Source: Pristiophorus japonicus (Eukaryota). Taken from it: a stretch of DNA of 64,000 bases. A program made the position numbers and the translations under genes. Shown piece by piece: positions 11,488 through 22,759 of this stretch. The stretch spans positions 128,650,001 to 128,714,000 of the forward strand of contig NC_091993.1 of NCBI RefSeq assembly GCF_044704955.1, in the 5' to 3' direction. A model generated the notes under the pieces. It saw only the letters and a program-made list of their open reading frames with translations, searched no databases and was not told the DNA's origin. Each line of letters begins with the position of its first letter. The first letter of the stretch is position 1.

Positions 11488-11551
11488 ATCAGAGCTGTCT
11501 ATCTCATTTCTTTTTTAAATTATAATTTATTATCTTTACCTATTTACCTAG

Positions 11552-11962
11552 GTGTCAGCCTCAGTGGGTAGCACACTCACCTCTGAGACAGGAGGTCATG
11601 GGTTCCTGTCCCACTCCAGAGACTTGAGCGCATAATCCAGGCCGACACTCCCAGTGCAGTACTGAGGGAGCGCTGTACTGTCGGAGGGGCAGTACTGAGG
11701 GAGCGCTGCACTGTCGGAGGGGCAGGACTGAGGGAGCGCTGCACTATCGGAGGGGCGGTACTGAGGGAGCACTGCACTGTCGGAGAGGCAGTACTGAGGG
11801 AGCGCCGCACTGTCGGAGGGGCAGTACTGAGGGAGCGCTGCACTGTCGGAGGGACAGTACTGAGGGAGTGCTGCACTGTCAGAGGGACAGTACTGAGGGA
11901 GCGCTGCACTGTCGGAGGGGCAGTACTGAGGGAGCGTTGCACTGTCAGATGAGACATTAAAC
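11552..11962 (+). mobile_element. DeuSINE 5' half with 33-bp array (~9 units)
   Basis: Head GTGTCAGCC..CAGTGGGTAGCAC, array at 11653-11948, truncated after GATGAGACATTAAAC. Followed by (CA)-rich sequence to ~12125. Confidence 0.85.
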
Positions 11963-12724
11963 TCATGCATACACACACTCGCATACATGCATACACACAC
12001 ATACAGATGCGTACACATGCACACACAGACAGACAGACACATACACAGACAGGGGGATAGACAGAGAAAGACACACACACACACACACACACCACACACA
12101 AACAGAGACAAACACACACACAGAACATATGCCTTGAGAGAGCATTATTTTCTCACAAGAACCCAACAGTGGTGGAGAGGAGATGGTTGCCTCGTTGAGT
12201 GTGGGCTGAGCCTGCGGACAGTGTGTAACCTGTTGTGACCAGTGACCCATTTAGACGGGTGTTATCCGGGTTTTGAGAGACTCAGCAGCTCACCTCAGAG
12301 TGCCGTGTGTTGTAAGAGAAGCAGCTGATGGGGCATTTTACAGGTCAGTGCCTGGAGCAGTGTGAGGTCAGGGTTCCCTCACACCTAGTCCAAGAGGCAA
12401 TTGGCTCTGACTCACACTTTTCCGTCTCCTGTCCTGAAGGGGTTCGGGGCAGCATTGCCGGCCTCTCTCTAGCCCAGCCGAGGGGCCGCTCGTCAGGCGT
12501 GAACCCGGGAAGCCAGTGCCAGCAGGCTATCCAACCACGGGAGGCATCACGGGTGTGCCCGATCCCGCCCTCTCTAACCCGGTAATCCGGCCAATTGCAG
12601 CGAGCTGTGTGATCAGGTAACCCCGCACAGACCAGGGATGGAAGGCAGTACGTTTCTCGGTCTTGATGGCCCCTTTCGGAGGCACTCCCCAGTGGGAGGG
12701 ACCATTCCACAGACTCAGGCATTA

Positions 12725-13085
12725 GTCTTTACCAAATACAACGAGGCGGAAGTGATGCTTCAGTGGTCTAAAGCTCTGGTCAGACCACATCTGGAGTACA
12801 GCATCCAGTTGTGGGCACCGCATCTCCGGGAGGATATATTGGCCTTGGCGGGGTGCATTGTGGATTTACCAGAATGATACCGGGGCTTGGAGGGTTAAAT
12901 TATGAGGACAGGTTCCAAAGACGTTGAAAATTTCAAAAGTGAGATGGATCGATTTTTGTTGGGTCAGGGCATTAAAGTTTGCGGAACCAAGGCGGATAAA
13001 TGGAGTTAGGTCGCAGATCAGCCGTGATCTAATTGAATGGCGGAACAGGCTCGAGGCGCTGAACGGCCTCCTCCTGTTCCTATGG
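12725..13085 (+). mobile_element. Degenerate CR1 fragments (ORF2 C-terminus + 3' UTR)
   Basis: KALVRPHLEYSIQLWAPHLREDILAL. Tail GAACGGCCTCCTCCTGTTCCTATG. Confidence 0.85.
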
Positions 13086-13515
13086 GAACTGTTTAGGGCA
13101 TTAATTCAACAGTGTAGAACAGTCAAAGGGAAAAGAGCAGATCCAGGTTTTTAAAAAGAAAGGGGCTTCTTAAAGTTAAAAAGCAGGAACAAGGCTGGAT
13201 GTGAAGCAGACATTGCCTGCAGAATGGTGAGGAACATTTCCAAAGTTTCCCAGCCATTTCCTGCAGCAGTTTGCAGCAAGTAGGCCTGTGTGCTTCACGT
13301 TAATCCTTGGTGGACAGTTTTGTGAACGGGGAGTTATTGTCCGTTGCTTAGATCAGAAGAGAGTTTCAGGGTACATGGTAGACTGGTGAGAGGTCTGGGC
13401 ACAGGCTCTCTCGCTCCTCTGCTGGTCTGCTATAGGGAGGGGCTCACCTGGACCTGCCCCGACTCTGCCTGCCTTCCTGAAGGCCAGGGCCAGCGGCACT
13501 GAGTATGGTGCAGTC

Positions 13516-13960
13516 CCCAGAGAGGTGTGCATTATCCCGAGCCTACTCCCAGAGAGGTGTGCATTATCCCGAGCCTACTCCCAGAGAGGTGTGCATTATC
13601 CCGAGCCTCCTCCCAGAGAGGTGTGCATTATCCCGAGCCTCCTCCCAGAGAGGTGTGCATTATCCAGATTCTGTTCCCAGAGAGGTGTGCATTATCCCGA
13701 GCCTACTCCCAGAGAGGTGTGCATTATCCAGGGTCTGCTCCCAGAGAGGTGTGCATTATCCAGGGTCTGCTCCCAGAGAGGTGTGCATTATCCAGATTCT
13801 GTTCCCAGAGAGGTGTACATTATCCCGAGCCTACTCCCAGAGAGGTGTGCATTATCCCGAGCCTACTCCCAGAGAGGTGTGCATTATCCAGAGTCTGTTC
13901 CCAGAGAGGTGTGCATTATCCAGGGTCTGCTCCCAGAGAGGTGTGTGTTATCCAGGGTCA
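13516..13960. repeat. 32-bp minisatellite, ~14 units
   Basis: CCCAGAGAGGTGTGCATTATCC followed by a 10-nt variable segment. Confidence 0.95.
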
Positions 13961-14140
13961 GGGCCAGAATATCCACTGACTCCTCCATTAATGCCCTCTT
14001 TATCTTACTGAGGTTATGAAAATTGAGTTATGAAGAAATCATTTCTGCCCATTAAGCATATTTTGTTTCAGAAAATGTAATTGTGGAAACTTTACTCATT
14101 TTACAGTAACAGACCTGACACCACAATGATATTGAACATG

Positions 14141-14718
14141 AGAACATAAGAAATAGGAGCAGGAGTCGGCCATTTGGCCCCTCGAGCCTGCTCCGCCATT
14201 CAATAAGATCATGGCTGATCTGATCATGGACTCAGCTCCACTTCCCTGCCCGATCCCTATAACCCTTCACTCCCTTATCGTTCAAAAATCTGTCTATCTC
14301 CACCTTAAATATATTCAATGTCCCAGCCTCCACAGCTCTCAGGGGCAGAGAATTCCACAGATTTACAACCCCCTGAGAGAAGAAATTCCTCCTCATCTCA
14401 GTTTTAAATGGGCAGCCCCTTATTCTGAGACTATACCCCCTAGTTTTAGTTTCTCCTATGAGTGGAAATATCCTCTCTGTATCCACCTTGTCGAGCCCCC
14501 TCATTATCTTATATATTTCGACAAGATAACCTCTCATTCTTCTGAACTCCAATGTGTAGAGACCCAACCTACTCAACCTATCTTCATAAGTCAACCTCCT
14601 CATCTCCGGAATCAACCGAGTGAACCTTCTCTGAACAGCCTCCAATGCAAGTATAACCTTCCTTAAATACAGAGACCAAAACTGTACGCAGTACTCCAGG
14701 TGTGGCCTCACCAATACT
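14141..14718 (-). mobile_element. CR1 3' fragment
   Basis: ORF 14232-14714 (VRPHLEYCVQFWS...RVVNLWNSLP). AAGAACAT-type tail at the left end. Confidence 0.92.
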
Positions 14719-15040
14719 CTGAAAATATCTCGCGGGTATCAGCGTGGAGAAATAAAAATAATGGCATAAAACAATCGCTACGGATACCAGGAATAGAAGC
14801 TTCGGGTCCAGCTGCACCTAAAGTTCAGGGTGTAATTTTACATCGGTGCAGAACCGGTGTAAATACAGGAACTCGTGCACTCTGACCTTTCGCATGGGGG
14901 TGGGGCTATGTTAAGGAGCTGAGTGGCGTTTGGTAGGTGCAACTCGCGAGGAAATTCGTGGAGGGATGCTTCGCCACAAAACCAGCATCAGTCAGTCACG
15001 GGCAAATATCCTCAGAACTAAACGGCACAACTCAGTTCTT

Positions 15041-15872
15041 GTGTCAGCCGTGGCTCAGTGGGCAGCACTCTCGCCTCTGAGTCAAGGTTGTGGGGTCAAG
15101 TCCCACTCCAGGAACTTGAGCACAAAAATCTAGGCTGACACTCCAGTGCAGTACTGAGGGAGTGCTGCACTGTCGGAGGGGCAGTGCTGAGGGAGTGCCG
15201 CACTGTCGGAGGGGCAGTGCTGAGGGAGTGCCGCACTGTCGGAGGGGCAGTACTGAGGGAGTGCCGCACTGTCGGAGGGGCAGTACTGAGGGAGTGCCGC
15301 ACTGTCGGAGGGGCAGTACTGAGGGAGGGCTGCACTGTCGGAGGGGCAGTACTGAGGGAGTGCTGCACTGTTGGAGGGGCAGTACTGAGGGAGTGCTGCA
15401 CTGTCGGAGGGGCAGTGCTGAGGGAGTGCCGCACTGTCGGAGGGGCAGTGCTGAGGGAGTGCCGCACTGTCGGAGGGGCAGTACTGAGGGAGTGCCGCAC
15501 TGTCGGAGGGGCAGTACTGAGGGAGTGCCGCACTGTCGGAGGGGCAGTACTGAGGGAGCGCTGCACTGTCGGAGAGGCAGTGCTGAGGGAGCTCCGCACT
15601 GTCGGAGGTTTCATCTTTAGGATGAGACATTAAACCGAGGTCCCGTCTGCCCTCTCAGGTGGACGTAAAAGATCCCATAGCACTATTTCGAAGTGCAATA
15701 TTTATCCCTCAATCAACATACCAAAAAAACATTATCTGGTCATCATCACATTGCTGTTTGTGGGAGCTTGCTGTGCACAAATTGGCTGCCATGTTTCCCA
15801 CATTATAAAAGTGACGACATCCAAACGTTCATTGGATGTGAAGCGCTTTGAGATGTCCGGTGGTCGTGAACC
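15041..15872 (+). mobile_element. DeuSINE with 33-bp array (~14 units, 15146-15608)
   Basis: A box TGGCTCAGTGG, degenerate B box, Deu core and most of the tail. Confidence 0.88.
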
Positions 15873-16273
15873 GTTCTTACACCATTGTTATACCGAAAGG
15901 TTGCAGCAATTGTGAATTGAGGTAGGAGCTGGAGCGCTGGGTGAAGCAGGCGAGAGTCGGGGTGAGGATGAGCTGGAGGAGGGGAAGGGGTGATGGGTGA
16001 AAATGTGGCTAAGTTAGAGGCAGAAACTTTTAATCTTGATAGTTGGTGCAACTACAACAACAACTTGCCTTTGTACAGCGCCTTTAAAGCCCCACGGCGC
16101 TGCAAAGGAGCGTTCTCAGATAAAATTTTACACTGAGCCACATAAGGAGAGATTAGGACAGGTGACCAAAAGCTGGGTCAAAGAGGTATGGTCTACGAGT
16201 CGGTGTGGTATACTGTAACTTCCAACATCCCGGGTGATAATCACCATATTTTTTCCCATTTCTCTTCCTCCAG

Positions 16274-16379
16274 TTGCCTCTTTCCACGAGCCATTTAGAT
16301 GTCTACACGAGCCATGGGATTGCAACACCCACCAGCATATCGTGTCCTGCAAATATTGCCATTAAAAGGGAAATGTCAG
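16274..16379 (+). CDS. TFEB: TFEB coding exon (14-3-3 site SCP, S211-equivalent)
   Basis: cctccAG|TTG...TCAG|GTaaac, 106 nt, phase 0/1. Encodes LPLSTSHLDVYTSHGIATPTSISCPANIAIKREMS. Not in the ORF track. Confidence 0.95.
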
Positions 16380-16394
16380 GTAAACTGTAGCAAG

Positions 16395-17268
16395 GCAGTA
16401 TAGAGGGAGCTTTCTGTACCTAACCCCATGCTGTACCTACCCTGAGAGTGTTTGATGGGACAGTGTAGAGGGAGCTTTACTCTATATCTAACCCCCTGTA
16501 CCTGCTTTGGGAGTGTTTGATGGGACAGTGTAGAGGGAGCTTTACTCAGTATCTAACCCCCTGTACCTGCCCTGGGAGTGTTTGATGGGACAGTGTAGAG
16601 GGAGCTTTACTCTGTATCTAATCTGTGCTGTACATACCCTGGGAGTGTTTGATGGGACAGTGTAGAGGGAGCTTTACTCTGTATGTAACCCCCTGTACCT
16701 GCCCTGGGAGTGTTTGATGGGACAGTGTAGAGGGAGCTTTACTCTGTATCTAACCCCCTGTACCTGCCCTGGGAGTGTTTGATGGGATAGTGCAGAGGGA
16801 GCTTTACTCTGTATCTAACCCCCTGTACCTGCCCTGGGAGTGTTTGATGGGACAGTGTAGAGGGAGCTTTACTCTGTATCTAATCTGTGCTGTACATACC
16901 CTGGGAGTGTGTGATGGGACAGTGTAGAGGGAGCTTTACTCTGTATCTAACCCCCTGTACATACCCTGGGAGTGTGTGATGGGACAGTGTAGAGGGAGCT
17001 TTACTCTGTATCTAACCCCCTGTACATACCCTGGGAGTGTGTGATGGGACAGTGTAGAGGGAGCTTTACTCTGTATCTAACCCCCTGTACATACCCTGGG
17101 AGTGTGTGATGGGACAGTGTAGAGGGAGCTTTACTCTGTATCTAACCCCCTGTACCTGCCCTGGGAGTGTTTGATGGGACAGTGTAGAGGGAGCTTTACT
17201 CTGTATTTAACCCCCTGTACATATCCTGGGAGTGTTTGATGGGACAATGGGTGTTTGGGATGCAAATG
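16395..17268. repeat. 65-67-bp satellite, ~13 units
   Basis: GGGACAGTGTAGAGGGAGCTTTACTCTGTATCTAACCCCCTGTACCTGCCCTGGGAGTGTTTGAT. Same family as 51549-52045. Confidence 0.95.
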
Positions 17269-18195
17269 TGGCCCATTCCCAGCACTAACATCCCTCAACC
17301 TGACCAACATAAAATGGCCACCAAAGAAACAAACCAAATGCACAAATATATAAGTCTGTCTGTGACTCCCAGTGACCCCCCAGCCTTGAGTGGCCGAGGA
17401 ATCCCCTGGGAGAGGCAAATGAACAAAACTCTCGGCCAATTCAGGGAAAGTGGAATTCTGCAAAATTCCTCTCTGACGGGGTAACAGTGACCTCAAGACA
17501 CACCACCAACGTCCCAGCAGCATTTTGCACACAGTGAGATCGGTCCCCTCCAGGTCCAGCCCCCTCCTGAACATTTACAGCGAATCAGCCAGCACTGCAT
17601 GGGGCTGTAACTTATTCGCAAGGTCAGTGACCTCTGTGAAATGGGGAGCTTGTGAAATCCAAACTAGCTCCATGCTTATTACGCAACATATACTCGGGTC
17701 CTCTCTCGCCCAAACTTAATCTAATTCAAATAATCTGCCCACATGTAAACAATCTGTTCCCTTCATCATTTTAAACATTTCAGTCTCCATGTCTACAATA
17801 TACTGACCTTAACCCCCACCTTCTCCCCATATCCCTCAGCCCCACCTACTCACCTTCTCCCCATATCTCCCTCAATCTCTTTTCTGAGCAGCAATGTCTC
17901 ACTTGCCCCTTGACCCCATTTCCCCAATCTACTTCAATGTCCTTCCCTGGTGACCTTATGTAACTCTCTGTCACCCTTTGGTGGAAAAAGCTCTCCCTGA
18001 CTTCCCTTCTCAAGGCTCGCTTTCTCATTTTTCTCGTGTTCTAAGGGATTTGAAGCCTTGAAAACATGGATTGGTGCAACTTCTTCCACTAAAATGAGTC
18101 GATTTCTGCAACCTTTGCTAAGAATTTCAATTTCTGACATTGACTGCAGTGAATGGGGCCACTCCAAGGTGATGAGTCTCCATTAAGCTTGTATA

Positions 18196-18595
18196 ATCAT
18201 AGAATGATACAGCACAGGAGGCCATTGGGCCCATCGAGCCTGTGCCGGCTCTGTGACAGAGCGATCCAATCAGTCCCACTCCAAGCTCTTTCCCCACAGT
18301 CCTGTGAATTTTGCCCCTTCAGTTATTTATCCAATTCCCTGTTTGAAAGTTACTATTGAATCTGCTCCCACCTCCCTTTCAGGCAGCGCGTTCCCGATCA
18401 CAACAACTCGCTGTGTAAAAAACAAATTCTCCTTATGTCGTCTTTTGTCGATCACCTTAAATCTTTGCCCTCTGGTTACCGACCCTCGGGCCGCTGGAAA
18501 CAGTCTCTCCTTATTTACTTCATAGTTTTGAACACCTCCATTAAATCTCCTCTTAACCTTCTCTGCTCTAAGGAGAACAGATCTGGCTTCTCTAG
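18196..18595 (-). mobile_element. Older CR1 3' fragment
   Basis: ERLFP...TRGQRFKVI...FFTQRVV..NALPE in minus-strand ORF 18327-18599. Confidence 0.85.
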
Positions 18596-19232
18596 TCATA
18601 ATAACTCTATTTTCTGATAGGCAACATAAGTAGGTGCACTTTTCTGAGAGATAGGGTTAGTACCTTGAATAGAATGTGACTCCCCCTTCCCCCCGCTCCC
18701 AACCCCCCCCCCCCCCCCCCCCCTGAACCTTCCTTCTTTGTTACCATAGTTAATGATAACTCTCTTTCCCTGATGTACTGAATCCCTTGAGGAGGCCTTC
18801 ACGGCATCAGAGAACCACCAGCCTCCTAAATTTTCTGTCCGCTAAAGATGAAGCAACAGTGCCCCCCTGTGGCTTGGAAACGTGTTCCCCGGCACTCGGC
18901 AACGGCGGGTCATTCAGCAATAAGTGGAACAATGGATTTCCCTTCAGTCTCATTGACCGGCACCGGTTGCCATGGCGAAGCCTCGGGCCCAGGCCAGGCC
19001 TTTCCCCAGGGGGGGGGGGGGGGGGGGGGAGAGCCCCCCCAGGCAGGAGTGGCGGGGGTCGGTGATGTGAGGTTGCTGAACACCAGGTACAGTCACCAGC
19101 CCAGGGAGCTCCTGCCGATTCCCCGAGCATGCTGCTGTGGTTCCTCCGGGTGTTGGGCCCAGGGCCACGGCTGCTACTGAGCTGCCTTTCAAACTGGCGT
19201 CCCGAAATCTCTAAATTATATATCAGACACAC

Positions 19233-19812
19233 GGGGGCCGAAATGGCCCTGCGCTGGGTTTGGGCCGGTCATTTTGGTCAAAGTGAATTATTTTGCACCG
19301 GCGTGGGAAGGGCGGCCCAATTGATGATTTGGGGTCTTTGATAAAAATCGTTGGCTGCGGTAATGGAGCGTTCCCCCGGCGCTCGCGGGGCGTAACACTC
19401 AGCGCCGAGCGAACAGGCCGCGTCACGCTGACACCTCACAGTGTCTCTCCCCTTCAGTTAAAGGGGACGGCCGCTGCGTGCTCTGCAGCCGGGGGGAGCG
19501 GTGTCGGCCAGGCTGGCAGGAAGGGAGTGCGCCGGACCGGCGGCTGCCATTGCTGGGCCCATTAAGGGTAACTGGGACACCACAGCTTCTGGCGCCAAAG
19601 TCCACAGCTGTCGCTGGCATCGTGCCCCGCTGACCTCCCGTCCCATGGGATTATTTGCCCCGAGGGGCGCAAAGAGGTCGGCGCGCACGGTGATGACGTC
19701 ATCGCCGTGTGTGCGTCGCGCCGGTGCGGTAATAGCAGGTACCGGGTTGGTGTGGCCGCCGTGCCCGCTGGTGGCACTAACTGGCCCGGCACAAAGGGGC
19801 AATTTCAGCTCC
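19233..19812. mobile_element. GC/CpG-rich MITE-like element with imperfect TIRs
   Basis: Left end GGGGCCGAAATGGCCCT; the right end reverse-complements to GGAGCTGAAATTGCCCC. Sharp composition boundaries. Confidence 0.45.
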
Positions 19813-19844
19813 TAAATATCCCTCAAACTTTAATACCCACCTCC

Positions 19845-19975
19845 TACTCTCGCCCCTCACTCTCGCCCCTCACTCTCGCCCCTCACTCTCGCCCCTCACT
19901 CTCGTCCCTCACTCTCGCCCCTCACTCTCGCCCCTCACTCTCGCCCCTCACTCTCGCCCCTCACTCTCGCCTCTC
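19845..19975. repeat. 13-bp tandem repeat (CTCTCGCCCCTCA), ~10 units
   Basis: Direct inspection. Confidence 0.95.
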
Positions 19976-20027
19976 TTCCTTCACTTTCGCCTTTTGATGC
20001 AGACTCCTGTCTCTTGTCCCCAACACA

Positions 20028-20455
20028 TACTCTCGCCTACCACCTCTGTCAGAAAGTTGTGGGTTTGAGCTCCACTCCAGGACTTGAGCCCATAACCTTG
20101 GCTAACACTTCACTGCAGTACTGAGGGAGTGCTGCACTGCCACAGATGCTATATTTCAATGAAACATCAAACCAAGGCCCCTTTTACTGCTCTGGTAGAC
20201 TTTAGAGATCCCACTGCACTGTTTGAAAAAGAGCAGAAAGTTCTCCCCGTGTCCTTGAACCAATACCATCAAAAACAGATTATCTGGTCAATTATCTCAT
20301 TGCTGGTTGTGGGAGCTTGCTGTGTGCAAATTGGCTGCGCGTTTCCCACATTACATCAGTGACTACACTCCGAAAAGTACTTAATTGGCTGTAAAGCGCT
20401 TTGAGATGTCTAGTGATCGAAAGGCGCGATATAAATGCAAGACTTTCTTCTCTCT
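20028..20455 (+). mobile_element. DeuSINE, single-unit (unexpanded) form
   Basis: One CAGTACTGAGGGAGTGCTGCACTG unit, Deu core, tail ATATAAATGCAAG. Confidence 0.85.
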
Positions 20456-21303
20456 CTCACAATAACGTATCGGAGGCCTTGTGGAGCTTTCTGATTGGTT
20501 CTCAGGAGACCCCTCTCAATGGTTCAGTATTTCTACTGTGATATACATTAAAAGCAATTCAACTTCCCTTTCTGATTTCCACGTGAAATATGACCAATCC
20601 GCTACCGTGGGGGAAAAAAAAACAATTCCACGAACTGAACATGTCCTGGCAAAGGAGAAGCCGAACTTGCTTCTATGATGACTGCAGACAAGCCCAAAAT
20701 GCCCAGCGGCACCTGCCACACTTGTTCCCAAGCCTCTTCCGAGAACTCTCCACCCACCAGGCCTCCTGTCTAACAACTCTCAGCCTTTGTCCATTGGGCC
20801 TGTTGTCTAACAACTCTCCACCATTGCCTCCCACTCCGTCTTTGCCCTGACGCATTTCCTGCTTTGCTGCATGCACTCACTCCACCAGCCTACAGCCGGA
20901 AAGCTTTGGCAGATGCTCCTGTACTTCTGAAAGTATTCCCTCGAGTTTAGAGAGCAAAATGTGCATTGCAATCCATGTCCTCTCCCGTTAGGAAAATCCC
21001 ACCTTTACCGTCATTCCCGCTTGCTGAGCTCCTCTGGCACCCTGATTTCAGGGAGATCTTTCCTTGTCCTCAAAGCCTTCCATGACCATCGATCCAACCC
21101 AGCGACCCTGCTCACACCTTGGATATCGAGTCTCGCTAGGTGCCGAAGCTCTCTGCACCTGGGTAACTGAGCTATGTTCCTAGACAGGCAGCAAATACCT
21201 GCGCAGGTTTCCCTGTCCCGTGACTTGTGACTCTTACACACAGTCATGGGTTTCTGCTTGTGGCTGACATGAAAAAGACAGGATAGAAACAGGTCTTCGT
21301 TAG

Positions 21304-21574
21304 TGTAATGTATTTGCTTCAAGGGTTCTTTGCTTAAGAATTCTTAGCAATACATCACTACTAAGAACTAGTTGGTTTATTAGCAAATGGTTTAACAATC
21401 ACACTACACATTACCAGTTCATCCACCAGGCTCACAACCACCTGCCCCATCGTGGATCCCCTGAACCCAACTGGCTGGGGTTTTATTGAGTCTTGTGAAC
21501 ATCACGTGACTGGCTAAGCCACTCACAGTGCAACAGCTTCACAAACCTGTGAGCATACTGATGCATACGTTACA
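21304..21574. mobile_element. LTR-like/MITE-like repeat copy 3 (271 bp, most complete)
   Basis: TGTAATGTAT...ATACGTTACA (TG...CA ends, 10-bp TIR). AATAAA twice on the minus strand. ATCACGTGAC at 21501-21510. No TSD seen. Confidence 0.7.
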
Positions 21575-21909
21575 CCTCCCACTTCAACCATAACCTCTCT
21601 GTACTTCCCATCAAAAGCGACCTCGGTTTCCTGCTCATTCCCCCCACCCCCGAGTGAGCAGTATGATATAAATTCAAGTCGTTAAAAGAAAATGGTATTC
21701 CCTGTCTTGGATGCCCCTTTCTCTCGGCCTCTTTGGGGACATCACTGACAGCAGCCCAGAGTTCCTGCACTCATTGCATTGGGGGCCATGACCACAGGCG
21801 GGTCTGAGAGTGGGTCAGATGTCACTTGTCCCTGACCGTCTGAGTACATAGCACACCCAGGGATAGGAGAACAGAAAGTATTCTCCACAGAGACCTTCCT
21901 TCCGCTTTT

Positions 21910-22735
21910 CATAGAATCATAGAACGACACAGTACAGGAGGCCATCGGCCCTTCGATCCTGTGTCAGCTCTGACAGAGCGATCCGATCAGTCCAACTCCC
22001 CCCCCCCGCTCTTTCCCCACAGCCCTGTGAATATTTCCCCTTCCAGTATTTATCCAATTCCCAGTTTGAAAGTCACTATTGAATCTGCTCCCACCGCCCT
22101 TTCAGGCAGCGCGTTCCCGATCACAACAACTCGCTGTGTAGAAACATTCTCCTCATCTCCCCCTCTGGTTCCATCGCCGATTATCGTCAATCTGTGTCCC
22201 TCTGGTTACCGACCCTCCTGTCCCGGGGAACAGCTTCTTATTTACTCTCAAAACACCTTTACTAAACCTTCCCTTAACCATCCCTGCTCTAAGAACAATT
22301 TTTTTTCTAAAAAGCCTCAGCTTTATCTCTGGAATTTAGAAGGTTAAGGGGCAATCTGATTGAAGTTTTCAGGATATTAAGGGAGCAGATAGGGTAGACA
22401 GAGAGAAACTATTCCTGCTGGTTGGGGAGTCTGGGACTAGGGGGTAGAATCTAAAAATTAGAGCCAGACCTTTCAGGAGTGAGATTAGGAAACACTTCTA
22501 CACACAAAGGATGGTAGAGGTTTGGAACTCTCTTCCCCAAACGGCAATCGATGCTGGGTCAATTGTTAATTTTAAATCAGAGATTGATAGATTTCTGTTA
22601 ACCAAAAAGGTATTAAGGGATATGGGGCAAAGGCGGGTATATGGAGTTAGGTCACAGATCAGCCGTGGTCTGATTGAATGGTGGAACAGGCTGGAGGGGC
22701 TGAATGGCCTCCTCCTGTTCTTGTGTTCCTCTGAG
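21910..22735. mobile_element. Two CR1 3' fragments in opposite orientation (- ~21910-22295, + ~22310-22735)
   Basis: ATAGAATCATAGAA tail on the left. MVEVWNSLPQ..FKSEIDRFL and GAATGGCCTCCTCCTGTTC on the right. Confidence 0.85.
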
Positions 22736-22759
22736 TGCAGCCTCAAAGACTGGTTTTGT

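Noticed and set aside
13516-13960. CRISPR-like repeat-spacer pattern (also 58055-58587)
   Set aside because: The variable parts are short, related and reused. There are no cas genes, and the context is a vertebrate genome.
15041-15115. tRNA gene
   Set aside because: The A/B boxes belong to SINE heads that continue into the Deu core. I could not build a proper cloverleaf.
15096-15633. [11 protein letters not shown] / HCRRGSTEG repeat proteins (also at 4.8, 11.6, 23.8, 27.3, 42.6, 54.9 and 63.6 kb)
   Set aside because: Artefacts of the 33-bp SINE-internal array.
17554-17625. Candidate TFEB exon (SSPLLNIYS)
   Set aside because: Chance similarity. It lacks SCP and KRE, and the real exon is 16274-16379.
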